DNA of 64,000 nucleotides from Prochloron sp. (GCA_965198675.1 OZ240666.1:4644776-4708775), one strand, 5' to 3'. Positions 1 to 9,332 are shown, counted from the stretch's first letter. Notes: a model not told the origin generated them from the letters alone. Numbers and translations are program-made.

Positions 1-209
1 AGGATCTGTTGAGCACCCCTCAAGTCTTGCTGGGTTTTTTTCCAGGTTTCGTAGGTGGTAACGGTTTCCTCAAGAGTTGAACGAACCTTTTGCACTTTCA
101 CCAGTTCACTTGGGTTGGTGGCAATATCTGGATCGGCAAGGCGGCGGGTTAATTCGTGATAAGTTTGCTCTACGGATTGCAGTTTGTCTAGCAGGTAAGA
201 TTCAGCCAT
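1..209 (-). CDS. prfA: peptide chain release factor 1, N-terminal part (gene continues beyond window start)
   Basis: Not in the ORF track because it is open at the window edge. Reverse translation from the ATG at 209..207 gives [41 protein letters not shown]..., an RF1-type N-terminus. It lies directly downstream of rpmE. Confidence 0.7.
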   Translation of the reverse strand, partial: MAESYLLDKLQSVEQTYHELTRRLADPDIATNPSELVKVQKVRSTLEETVTTYETWKKTQQDLRGAQQI

Positions 210-284
210 GGAATTTGTCGATTTGGAGTAAAATTGGACTCCCCGGCACGAAACCATGCTGGGGGAATAGGAGGGACAAATCTG

Positions 285-527
285 CTATTTTTCTGCTGCA
301 ACCTCCGTTTCTTCGCTAGTATCCAGCATACCGTATTTGCGCAGGAAGCGATCGACCCTTCCTTCGGTGTCGATGATTTTCTGGGTTCCGGTGTAAAAAG
401 GATGGTTCCCTGACCAGACCTCAACGTTAATTTCCGGTTGAGTGGAACCGACGGTCATAATCACTTCACCGTTGCAGATGACTTTTGCTTCCGGGTACCA
501 TTGTGGATGAATTCCTTGTTTTGCCAC
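285..527 (-). CDS. rpmE: 50S ribosomal protein L31
   Basis: 80-aa [25 protein letters not shown]...[30 protein letters not shown], a canonical L31 sequence. Confidence 0.9.
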   Translation of the reverse strand: MAKQGIHPQWYPEAKVICNGEVIMTVGSTQPEINVEVWSGNHPFYTGTQKIIDTEGRVDRFLRKYGMLDTSEETEVAAEK

Positions 528-546
528 GTTTATCCTCCTTGATATA

Positions 547-1377
547 TTAATTTTCCCATTTTATACTTCTTTTGCCCATCCAAACAGCAAGTATTCCGAG
601 AAATACCAATCCGGTGACTCCAGCGAGGGGATTGCCGTCTACCCCAGTAATCCAGGGTGAAATCTTGTTACTATAGGTTACTAGTTCCCCCACATTAATG
701 ATATAGTAGGCCCAGACTGAACCACCGTGAAGTCCTATGGCTATGCCTAAACGTCCGCGACGTCCCCGCTTTGCCCAAACTAAAGTTAATCCCAATAGTA
801 CTAAACTGGGAAACTGGGGTAGAGTGCGAATTACCTCCCCAATTGGTTTGAGGAAGTGCAGCAGGGCAAAAATAATAGCATTTAGCCAAGAGGATCTAGA
901 CTGAGAGTAGTCTCGTTGCAACTCGTCAAACAACCAACCTCGAAAGAGCAGTTCTTCGGCGAAAGCAACCCCCAAAGCAGTGAGCACTCCTTCCCCTATT
1001 ACTCGTACCAACCCCATAGGAGGAGACTGAAACTGCACCCATCCCACCAATGCTTCCAGGATAAATAAGCCACTGGTGAATAATAAGCCAGTACAGAGTC
1101 CATTGAGAAAATCTATCCCATTGAGTCTCGTCCACTGTAAACCATAGTGGGAAAGCAATTGGCTTTCTTCATGGACATGTTTTCCCCAAAACTGGAGTAG
1201 GAGAAGAAAGTCGGCGAAGAGCAATCCCATGGTTAAAATTGTCAAGTGATTGCTATCTCCTGGGTAATATAGGTAAATGGGTGCTGCTAATGGTAGCCAG
1301 AGCAGGAGTAAGGCTATGATAAACAACCCTAACCTCCCTGGTGCAGGGTATTGAGCGATTTGGTGAAACTTTTTCAA
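547..1377 (-). CDS. CPBP (CAAX/Abi) family intramembrane protease
   Basis: 276-aa polytopic membrane ORF carrying the EELLFRG and FALLHF motifs typical of CPBP proteases. Confidence 0.75.
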   Translation of the reverse strand: MKKFHQIAQYPAPGRLGLFIIALLLLWLPLAAPIYLYYPGDSNHLTILTMGLLFADFLLLLQFWGKHVHEESQLLSHYGLQWTRLNGIDFLNGLCTGLLFTSGLFILEALVGWVQFQSPPMGLVRVIGEGVLTALGVAFAEELLFRGWLFDELQRDYSQSRSSWLNAIIFALLHFLKPIGEVIRTLPQFPSLVLLGLTLVWAKRGRRGRLGIAIGLHGGSVWAYYIINVGELVTYSNKISPWITGVDGNPLAGVTGLVFLGILAVWMGKRSIKWEN

Positions 1378-1525
1378 TAATTACCAAAATAGAGGTTAAC
1401 GACTTCTTTCCTCACCCGCCCGCGAATAAACGGTATCGCCTTACTTGCTCGTGGCAAGGCGTAGGCAATGCCCACCCTACGAACTGGTCACTGGTCACTG
1501 GTCACTGAAGAAGCTGGTAACTGTT

Positions 1526-1819
1526 TTAGTCGTCTGGTTCGATTGTGCTGGTTAAACCGTGATTTCTGAGGGTTTCGCAATAGAACTCTGCATGTTCTAA
1601 AGCACAGGTAATCACTAAAGCGATACCATTAGTGTGTGCTTCCATCATAATGTCTACTGCCTGGGGCTGAGTCAAACCCGCTACAGTTTGTATTAATACC
1701 TGAACAACATACTCCATAGGCGTAAAATCATCGTTATGGAGTAAAACGCGATAGCGAGGGGCAGGTTTACGAATAGTAGATGTAGATGCAGAGGGCTTTT
1801 CCAGAGTTTCAATAGGCAT
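1526..1819 (-). CDS. clpS: ATP-dependent Clp protease adaptor ClpS
   Basis: 97-aa ORF with the core RYRVLLHNDDFTPMEYVVQVL...AVDIMMEAHTNG, typical of ClpS. Confidence 0.9.
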   Translation of the reverse strand: MPIETLEKPSASTSTIRKPAPRYRVLLHNDDFTPMEYVVQVLIQTVAGLTQPQAVDIMMEAHTNGIALVITCALEHAEFYCETLRNHGLTSTIEPDD

Positions 1820-2060
1820 TAATTACCTCCATTACTTAAATAACATAAAAGTATGCGATAAATAATATTTAGTTGTATTACATAGTATTTGGTGGGGGAG
1901 TAGGGCCTGCACGGGAATCAATTAGTTCACCTTTGGTGGACTTCCCTTATGAGCCAGCAATTTAGATTAAGGGCAGGTGACCAGCGAAGTCCTAAACTGG
2001 TGTATAAGCTCCATTATAGACTAGAATAGAATTGTTGACATTATTTAATAAATCTTAACA

Positions 2061-3014
2061 ATGCAAGCAAGTCCAGTAATAGGAGAAGATAACATTCCCG
2101 GCGCTTATTGGCAGTGGCGGGGACATTCAATTTACTATGTTCAAGGGGGTCAGCAACATTCTGATAGACCGCCCCTATTGCTAGTTCACGGGTTTGGGGC
2201 ATCCACGGATCATTGGCGGAAGAATATTGCTCAATTGAAGGAAGATTTTAGGGTGTGGGCTATCGACTTGTTGGGGTTTGGGCGCTCCGCAAAACCCACC
2301 CCCAAGGTCCCCCTCCTGGGAGGGGGAAAGGGGGTGGGTAATTTGTGGCGGGATCAACTCCAAGATTTCATTACTACAGTCATTGGGGAACCTGTTGTCT
2401 TAGGGGGGAATTCTTTGGGGGGTTATGCTAGTTTGTGCGTCGCCGCCCAGTGCTCTCAATCCGTTGTGGGTTTGGTTTTGTTAAATAGTGCTGGTCCTTT
2501 TACAGAGTCAACAGCTCCCAAAAGTAATTTCGGCAATAAAATAGTCCGCTGGGTTTTCTTGCAACCCTGGGCGAGTTATCTCTTATTTCAGTATTTGCGA
2601 CGGAAAAAGACAATTCGCAAAACCTTAGAGAAGGTTTATTGGGACCGTACTGCTGTGACGGATAGACTGGTGGAGGAAATTTATCGTCCTTCTTGTGACA
2701 AAGGAGCATTGCAAGTCTTTGCTTCTGTTTTCCAGACTCCCCAAGGAGAAAAAGTGGATGTGTTGTTACAGCAGTTAAACTGTCCTTTGTTAATGTTGTG
2801 GGGGGAAAAAGACCCTTGGATGAATGTTACAGAAAGAAGTCCAAAGTTTCGTCACCATTATCCCAGTTTAACGGAACATTACCTGGAAGCAGGACATTGT
2901 CCCCATGACGAAGTACCTGAACAGGTGAATGGTTTGATTCGTTCCTGGGTCTTGTCTAATATAGCAGTTAGCAGTTACCAGTTACCAGTGAGCGAGTACC
3001 ATGACCAGTACTAA
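2061..3014 (+). CDS. alpha/beta-fold hydrolase
   Basis: 317 aa with an HGFGAS oxyanion region, a GNSLGG nucleophile elbow and a C-terminal GHCPHDE. The 3' end runs into heptamer repeats (SSYQLPVSEY). Confidence 0.8.
   Translation: MQASPVIGEDNIPGAYWQWRGHSIYYVQGGQQHSDRPPLLLVHGFGASTDHWRKNIAQLKEDFRVWAIDLLGFGRSAKPTPKVPLLGGGKGVGNLWRDQLQDFITTVIGEPVVLGGNSLGGYASLCVAAQCSQSVVGLVLLNSAGPFTESTAPKSNFGNKIVRWVFLQPWASYLLFQYLRRKKTIRKTLEKVYWDRTAVTDRLVEEIYRPSCDKGALQVFASVFQTPQGEKVDVLLQQLNCPLLMLWGEKDPWMNVTERSPKFRHHYPSLTEHYLEAGHCPHDEVPEQVNGLIRSWVLSNIAVSSYQLPVSEYHDQY
2294..2339. repeat. GC-rich nested palindromic module inside the hydrolase ORF
   Basis: ACCCACCCCC-AAGGT-CCCCCTCC-TGG-GAGGGGG-AAA-GGGGGTGGGT. Related modules occur inside the 256-bp element (3240-3340, 9150-9250) and at 22640-22700. 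Confidence 0.7.
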
Positions 3015-3109
3015 TTTTAGGAATCTCCTGAAAGCTTTAAATAGTTTGATTCGTTCTTAGGTTTTGTCTAATATGTAGCAAAGGCTAATCTCAAGGGAAG
3101 ATCAAACCA

Positions 3110-3638
3110 ATGACAGTGCGGCAACCTCGTTATAGTAAAGAAGAATTTGCCCAACGTGGCGATCGCATTTACGAGGTGCAAAGCGTAAAGCCCCCGTATT
3201 TTAATCGGGGGATATAAGCGCAAGCTGAATTTATTCAGCCGTAGTATAATCAAAAAGGTTGGACCCACCCCCATCCCCTCCTGGGAGGGGAGCAACCCAC
3301 CCCCCAACCCCCCTCCTGGAAGGGGGGCTACGGGGGGTGGGTGGGCTAGGCAATGTAAGACGGGGTTTCCCGAAGGGTTGCTGCTTAAATCCCGAATCCC
3401 CCGTGTTTTAACCGGGGGAGTGGATCAAGAAACTCAAGTACGTTCCCTGGTTGAAGCAGGCAATCATGGGAAAATTGTCGCGATTGATATAGAAACAGGC
3501 GCTTTTGAAGTTGCCGACATTACTATCGCAGCAACTGATGGACTTTATGAGCGATATCCCGATGCTCAACCCTGGGTGATTCGGATTGGACATCGCGCTG
3601 TCTACCGTTTTGGTTCCCGGAGTCTGAAGAAATTATGA
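3110..3638 (+). pseudogene. small conserved protein (paralog of 35287..35560) interrupted by a 256-bp insertion
   Basis: MTVRQPRYSKEEFAQRGDRIY (3110..3172) and ETQVRSLVEAGNHGKIVAIDIETG... (3429..3638) are collinear with the intact 90-aa paralog. Joining them gives exactly 90 aa in frame. Confidence 0.8.
3173..3428 (+). mobile_element. non-autonomous IS200/IS605-type element (hairpin-ended MITE), copy 1
   Basis: Inserted immediately 3' of TTAC (3169..3172) with no target duplication. It has subterminal hairpins CCCCCG-N9-CGGGGG at 3191..3211 and 3398..3418 in the same orientation. It is 255/256 identical to 9077..9332. Confidence 0.7.
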
Positions 3639-4008
3639 TGCAAGGCTTCGTTAATCAGAATTGTGAAGCCATGATTCGGATTGCGGTAGGTCATCTGATA
3701 CTCCCAAACGCATGGTTGAGGCAGTGATTGACACAGGCTTTACGGGGTTTTTGTCTCTTCCATTCTCTACCATCTCCTCTCTTGGTTTGCCCTGGATATT
3801 TCGTGACGTTGGGACATTAGGTGATGGCAGTGAAGTCATCTTTGATATGTACCGCGCAACCGTAATTTGGGATGGTCAACTCCGAGTTGTTGATGTGGCA
3901 GAATCCGATGCAGATCCACTTGTGGGGATGGGTTTGTTGTATGGATTCGAGATTGAAATTGAGGCAATCGAAGGCGGCATGGTTACGATTGAAGCCTTGG
4001 AGTCGTGA
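3635..4008 (+). pseudogene. clan AA (retropepsin-like) aspartic protease, probably 5' frameshifted
   Basis: ORF 3712..4008 contains VIDTGFTGFLSLP (DTG motif) and aligns with 35557..35922. The ATGA-coupled start at 3635 is in another frame and stops near 3727. Confidence 0.55.
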
Positions 4009-4082
4009 GAATTACTATGGTCTAACAACCTGGTTTCATAGCTCCTCATTATCCAATTGAGCAATTGGATAGCAATTAGTGT

Positions 4083-4124
4083 TAACCTAAAAGTGAGACA
4101 TTCCGTGAGCAGCTCCAAATCATG
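4083..4124. repeat. 41-bp direct repeat, left copy
   Basis: TAACCTAAAAGTGAGACATTCCGTGAGCAGCTC(C)AAA(T)CATG recurs at 5900..5941. Confidence 0.85.
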
Positions 4125-4582
4125 TCATCAGCAGCTATTGCTACCGTGGTGAAGATTAGGTCGTCTTTTCATTGAGGTACAAGACCGCATTGTGGAACAT
4201 TTGCAAGATTATATTGATGAGTTGCAAGATGAAATTAGATGGAATAATTCATTTCATCGAACCCAATTAAAACTGGTTGCTGCTGCTCAACGGGCTAAGG
4301 AAGAAATTGAAGATGGGAAAGCTACTGCAATGGACCACGATGAGCTATGAAGTCAGCTGTACTTCCTTCTCTTGTTATTGGAATCTTGTAACCATTAATG
4401 TAAAGTTTTGTTACAGGATTCAATATTTGTGCATTGGGCCTTGCCACTTGTCCCTGAGTGTGTTATACCTTATTTTTAAGTGGACGGGTGGCCTGGGGGT
4501 TGGAGGCGATCGGTTTTACCCGAAAGATGGTATCGCGCCGCCAGCCTCAAACCAAATCTCTATTAATAAGTCGAGGAACTCA

Positions 4583-5647
4583 ATGCAGTGGATAGATTTT
4601 CAGCAAACAGTTAATCAAAGGTTGAATAGAGAACAACTAGATAAGGAACAAAGTAAAGCAAAGAATTTCAAAGTAAAGGGACATTCACTCGTTCGGGGTG
4701 TTGCTGGTTCCGGCAAATCTCTGGTTCTGAGAAATCGTGTTGAAAAAATTGTAGAAGAGGGGCTCAGCCCTATTTTAGTTCTATGCTATAATCGGTTTAT
4801 GCGAGGGTGGCTTGAATCTGCTCTTAAGAAGAAGGGTTTACAAGTAGATTGTTGTAAAACTTTTCATCAATAAGTTCTAGACAGTGAGACGAATTCATTG
4901 TTCTTAGTGTATGACAATACCCAATCTGTTTACGGTCAAGCTCATCGACGCAAACGTGGATGGACATGGAAAAACCTAGGAATAGAAGTAACAGGTCGTT
5001 CACAGATTTTTGACGTAAACTACAGAAACTCCCCTGAAATTCTAGAATTGGCATGGAAGTTTATTAAACCTGCTCTAGATAAGGCTAGTATGATAACCGA
5101 CACAAGAGAGAATAGTGGTGGCGAAATTCACAAAATAATTGAACCCCGGAAACTACCTTCTAGAAGCTCTGGAGTTTCTCCAACACTCTTACAGATAAAT
5201 TATAGTGAGATGCCTTCCGAGATTGCAAAGCAAGTCAAAATGGCATTAGAAACTTATCCTGAGTCATCTATTGGTATTCTGACTCATCCAGATTGTAAAT
5301 ATAAAAGACAAAAGATTAGTAGAGAGCTTCATCAGCTAGGTATAGAAAATCATGCTCCAAACACGTCTCAAGAAAGAAACGGGAATGTAGTTGATAGACC
5401 ATATACAATCATAGACTCATGGAATGCTTTGAAGGGTGTAGAATTTGATGCTGTAATTATTGCAGGAGTTGATGATCTAGTTGTTGAGCAAAATGATAAA
5501 GATAAGGACTTTGAGGAAAAAGCTGGTCTTTATGTTGCTATGACAAGAGCTAAAGATCATTTAATCATGCTTTATCACGACAAAACACCAATAGTCGAAA
5601 TGATTGAAGATCTCTTGTCGTCGGCTCCTGTTTTATCAGAATCTTGA
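4583..5647 (+). pseudogene. UvrD/Rep-like SF1 helicase remnant (in-frame TAA, motif II region missing)
   Basis: Walker A GVAGSGKS; motif III-like LFLVYDNTQSVYG; C-terminal VAMTRAKDHL. ORFs 4277..4873 and 4898..5647 share one frame, separated by a TAA at 4871..4873. No DExx Walker B segment is present. Confidence 0.7.
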
Positions 5648-5853
5648 TAGTTATTCAAGTAAGCAAAGAAGCGGAGTACAAATTCTTCTGGTTCGCGCCT
5701 GCGTTTAAAGGCGTCGGAAATAGGGCATAGTTTATCAAATTTCGGGTCTTTTGCCAATTCCCCCAGGAGCGTCACAAAAGGTCCTGGAGATATACCTCGA
5801 CGCTTCTCCATATCATTTAGTTGGCGCTGTTGGGTTTCACCGCAGTGGAGCAC
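5575..5853 (-). pseudogene. possible fragment of a DUF262/GmrSD-like protein
   Basis: Only a short segment (EPEEFVLRFFAYLNNYQ) resembles that family, and there is no intact N- or C-terminus. Confidence 0.25.
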
Positions 5854-5899
5854 TTCCTATGATTATTTTGGTCAATGCTCATCAAGTTTCGTTACCTAA

Positions 5900-5941
5900 T
5901 AACCTAAAAGTGAGACATTCCGTGAGCAGCTCAAAGTCATG
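5900..5941. repeat. 41-bp direct repeat, right copy
   Basis: Matches 4083..4124 apart from one indel and one substitution. Confidence 0.85.
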
Positions 5942-6130
5942 ATCTTTGGTGCTGCCCCCTCTACAAAGGAACTCAAGCGTACCCTCATTATGTTTGGTCT
6001 GCCAGCCTACGAAGCTTATGGTATGTTTAAATTAATATGCTGACCTGCAATTTACCAAATACATATCGCCACAACACAGTTGGTCCTGTCTGGCCTGGGG
6101 TTGAACTAAGACGTTGGTGCAACCCGATAA
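5939..6130 (+). pseudogene. fragments of an AMP-dependent synthetase/ligase gene
   Basis: MIFGAAPSTKELKRTLIMFGLPAYEAYGM and NTVGPVWPGVELR resemble adenylate-forming enzyme motifs, but they lie in short broken frames. Confidence 0.4.
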
Positions 6131-6199
6131 ATGCAAAAAACAACCTATTACTGACGATGATGAGCTATGTTTACTGTTTGCAATCCGTGGAGGTTGATC

Positions 6200-6622
6200 A
6201 TGATTGTGCCACAATCTATCAGAGAGCAGATTATTTTACATTGCCAAGAACTGGCTCCTAATCAGGCTTGTGGCTTAGTTCTCTTTAACTCCGACGGTGT
6301 TGCTCAGTGGGTTGAGAAGGCGACTAATTACGGTGCCTGGCCTTACGGTTTCCAGATTGCTCCAAAATCGCAGTTTAATGCCTTCCGTCGAGCACAGGAG
6401 AAAGGTTGGTCCATTGGCGGTGTTTATCATTGCCATGCAGTATCAGAGGCGATTCCAACCGGTCGGGATCTCGAACGTCCAGTGCCACCTAATATCCTCT
6501 ACATTATTGTTTCACTACTATTCCCAGATCGACCTGACATTCGTGGCTTCACTTTAACCAATGGCCTATCCAATCCTATCGATCTCAACACTGGTAAATC
6601 ATTGATTCACGCTTTGGACTGA
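6200..6622 (+). CDS. JAB/MPN-domain protein with a variant JAMM motif
   Basis: From the ATG at 6200 (GGAGG upstream): ...PNQACGLVL...GGVYHCHAVSEAIPTGRD. An HxH-x7-T-x2-D pattern is present, but the usual upstream Glu is Gln. Confidence 0.5.
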   Translation: MIVPQSIREQIILHCQELAPNQACGLVLFNSDGVAQWVEKATNYGAWPYGFQIAPKSQFNAFRRAQEKGWSIGGVYHCHAVSEAIPTGRDLERPVPPNILYIIVSLLFPDRPDIRGFTLTNGLSNPIDLNTGKSLIHALD

Positions 6623-6658
6623 AGGGGAAATATAACAGGTGGTTGTTTGTTTTGGCAC

Positions 6659-7534
6659 TCACAAATCTCTAATACCATCAACTCTTTCTTGAGCTATCTC
6701 CCTTTCCCGTCGTAGGGGTTTGACAATTGATTCTGGTAATTGCTCGGCGTCTGCTAAGGCGCGATCGAAGTTCTGAACTGCTTGTTTTACTAGAAACATT
6801 GCTTTGTGTTGCTTCCCTTTTCCATGGAGAATTTGCCCTTTGAGATAGTATAGTTCTGGATTATTGGGGGTAATTTGAATAGCGCGATGAACAAACTGCA
6901 AGGCTTGGTCAAATTTTTGTAAATCTCGGTAAGCTACCGCAATACCCCGATAGACGAGATAATTGGGAGCTGCATTATCTTGGAAATTGGCGATCGCCCC
7001 TTCTATATTGGCAAAGGGAAGATTGACTGCTAAGAGCAATTCCATATATCCCTGAATCAAATTCAATTCCGGATCATCTGGATCTTGTTTTTCCGCTTGG
7101 TCGAAATAGTGGAGTACTTTTTGCAGTTTTGGTAGAGCAGCGAAAGCTCCTTCTGTTTCAAAAATGTAAGCCCCTTCCAAAAAATGGCCTACCCCTGTAT
7201 AAAGATTACCTCTTAAGGGATCTCGACCTTGCAAACTTTCTGCTGCGACTAAAGTCTTCCGAGCGTAAATTCTCAGGGTTTCTTTGTCGTTCTCAGTATA
7301 ACCGATAGCTGCCCGGAGAGCATGGGCGAGAGGATCTCTTACTTGATTATTTTCTTCCAGAACCTTCTTAGCTTGTTGGTAATTTCCTTCAGTAAACAAA
7401 ATGTTAAAAGCAGCTTCTGTCTGATCGTCAATATGGTGAGGGTTGGTGCTGCGAAAAGGATCCTCAGCAAAAGCAGCACTGCTCCAAAAACTTAAAACAA
7501 TACCTAAGAAAAGTACAGTAAATTTAGTATGCAA
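6659..7534 (-). CDS. secreted TPR-repeat protein
   Basis: 291 aa with an N-terminal signal peptide (MHTKFTVLFLGIVLSFWSSAAFA) and TPR-like helical repeats. Confidence 0.65.
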   Translation of the reverse strand: MHTKFTVLFLGIVLSFWSSAAFAEDPFRSTNPHHIDDQTEAAFNILFTEGNYQQAKKVLEENNQVRDPLAHALRAAIGYTENDKETLRIYARKTLVAAESLQGRDPLRGNLYTGVGHFLEGAYIFETEGAFAALPKLQKVLHYFDQAEKQDPDDPELNLIQGYMELLLAVNLPFANIEGAIANFQDNAAPNYLVYRGIAVAYRDLQKFDQALQFVHRAIQITPNNPELYYLKGQILHGKGKQHKAMFLVKQAVQNFDRALADAEQLPESIVKPLRREREIAQERVDGIRDL

Positions 7535-7570
7535 AAGTTTTTTTTATCTCCAGTCTTCAGTACGAGTATA

Positions 7571-7731
7571 TAGCAGTTACCAGTTACCAGTTACCAGTTA
7601 TGAGTTACCAGTTATGAGTTACCAGTTATGAGTTACCAGTTTATTCAGTCAGAGAAGCGGGTTATAACATTTCTCGCACGCCCAGGCGGTTGCTATATCT
7701 GACGACAGTAACTTTCTCCTGGTTCCATTCA
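7571..7731 (+). repeat. about 160-bp repeat unit (heptamer array plus conserved 105-bp core), copy a
   Basis: (CAGTTAC)n(CAGTTATGAGTTAC)n followed by TTTATTCAGTCAGAGAAGCGG...CTCCTGGTTCCATTCAGA. It is repeated at 7801..7955. Confidence 0.85.
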
Positions 7732-7800
7732 GATATGTACCAATGGTTATTATATTATATTTAGTGGGGGAAAATGACAAGGGTGTATCAATACTCATTA

Positions 7801-7955
7801 TAGCAGTTACCAGTTACCAGTTACCAGTTACCAGTTATGAGTTACCAGTTATGAGTTACCAGTTTATTCAGTCAGAGAAGCGGATTATAACATTTCTCGC
7901 ACGCCCAGGCGGTTGCTATATCTGACGACAGTAACTTTCTCCTGGTTCCATTCAG
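7801..7955 (+). repeat. about 160-bp repeat unit, copy b
   Basis: Same core as 7571..7731 with one substitution and a different number of heptamer units. Confidence 0.85.
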
Positions 7956-8072
7956 AATATTTGAATGATATGCTTTCGGAAGATTGCTATAATTAGTAAT
8001 TAGTACTGTTAACTGGTAACTGTTATTGCGAAGCTTTGCGTAAGCGTCCCGCCCTTGGCGTCTTGGTAACTG

Positions 8073-8717
8073 TTAACTGCTATAGGTGGTACTTGTTGAG
8101 TTCTCGCCCTTCAAGGCATAAACTAAAATTCTCAGAAGCAGATCAAGATCCTCAGGAACGCGAAAACTCTCTAATCCTTGACTGATATGTTTTGAGTGAC
8201 GATTAAGTTGGGAAAATTGCCATAGGGTACCAGTTGTGACGGCACCTAACAAATTCGAGTTATCATCATTCGGATCATCTAACCAGCGATCCAGAGTAAT
8301 TAATTCCACGGCAAGTTGAGTCATACCATTGACTAAGTCTTCCTTTTTGGCTTCAATCACTAGTAATTGTTGATTGGATCGGAGAAGGTAATCAAGGGTA
8401 CCTTGAAGTTGTTCTGAAACTTTTAAAGGATATTCAATGCGCAACTGAGCTTGGGTATAATGTACTAATTCTGTGACAACCCTAGAAATTAAAATTTCAC
8501 GGCGTGCCATTTCTGTACTAAGGTTTACGAAAGGTAAGATTTCACTAATACGAGAGCGCAACTCTTCGATCCGATCCAGTGGCTGTTGGGATTGGGGAAG
8601 GTTTAACCATTTTCGCGCGAAGGAATAACCAAAATCAGCAACCAGATCGTCAATCTCAATATTCAGTTCAAAGAATTTGCTAAAGGTATAAGATTGAGAG
8701 AAGTCAACAAAAGTCAT
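8073..8717 (-). CDS. hypothetical protein, possible PD-(D/E)xK nuclease fold
   Basis: 214-aa ORF; D...LLVIEAKKED resembles a PD-ExK core. This is a weak, motif-level call. Confidence 0.35.
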   Translation of the reverse strand: MTFVDFSQSYTFSKFFELNIEIDDLVADFGYSFARKWLNLPQSQQPLDRIEELRSRISEILPFVNLSTEMARREILISRVVTELVHYTQAQLRIEYPLKVSEQLQGTLDYLLRSNQQLLVIEAKKEDLVNGMTQLAVELITLDRWLDDPNDDNSNLLGAVTTGTLWQFSQLNRHSKHISQGLESFRVPEDLDLLLRILVYALKGENSTSTTYSS

Positions 8718-8837
8718 GGTGATTACAAAAATAAAATTTCAGAGAAGAATATGTTACTATTATATCAATGCTTAATCTACTAATTGCCATCGGTATGCTC
8801 TAAATATCTCAAATACGTTGATGACAAGGAATCAATC

Positions 8838-9092
8838 ATGTTAACTTACAAAGCAATGTACAAATTTTTGGATGAAGGGGTTCACGGGCAAGTCTTGGAT
8901 TTCCCGGGTGCCATTTCCTTCGCAGAGAACCTGGAAAAAGTGCGTCGCTCCCTTGCAAGTGCTTTGATGGACATGGCAGAAACTAACTTGCTCAAAGGTG
9001 AACCCTTACCTCTACCTAACCCTCAAATTACTGATAAGACAGCAGATCTAGAAGAACCCATTTATCTGATTCTTACGAGGTGCAAAGCGTAA
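8838..9092 (+). CDS. HicB-like antitoxin whose 3' end now reads into the 256-bp element
   Basis: MLTYKAMYKFLDEGVHGQVLDFPGAISFAENLEKVRRSLASAL... resembles the HicB N-terminal domain. The last 5 codons and the stop lie inside the inserted element. Confidence 0.5.
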   Translation: MLTYKAMYKFLDEGVHGQVLDFPGAISFAENLEKVRRSLASALMDMAETNLLKGEPLPLPNPQITDKTADLEEPIYLILTRCKA

Positions 9093-9332
9093 AGCCCCCG
9101 TATTTTAATCGGGGGATATAAGCGCAAGCTGAATTTATTCAGCCGTAGTATAATCAAAAAGGTTGGACCCACCCCCATCCCCTCCTGGGAGGGGAGCAAC
9201 CCACCCCCCAACCCCCCTCCTGGGAGGGGGGCTACGGGGGGTGGGTGGGCTAGGCAATGTAAGACGGGGTTTCCCGAAGGGTTGCTGCTTAAATCCCGAA
9301 TCCCCCGTGTTTTAACCGGGGGAGTGGATCAA
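9077..9332 (+). mobile_element. non-autonomous IS200/IS605-type element, copy 2
   Basis: 256 bp with one mismatch to 3173..3428. It is again preceded directly by TTAC (9073..9076) and has no target duplication. Confidence 0.7.

Noticed and set aside
3173-3428. The 256-bp insertion considered as a self-splicing intron, since it begins GAG/GTGCA within a coding sequence
   Set aside because: It is too short for a group II intron, and I see no domain V-like hairpin and no group I core. A near-identical copy sits at an unrelated site, also after TTAC, and it has matching subterminal hairpins. This fits an IS200/IS605-type non-autonomous transposon better.
4277-4582. The first 102 codons of ORF 4277..4873, read as part of the helicase
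   Set aside because: The sequence is low-complexity and Cys/Leu-rich with no helicase similarity. It overlaps the end of an antitoxin-like fragment in another frame. The ATG at 4583 precedes the Walker A region at a typical distance.
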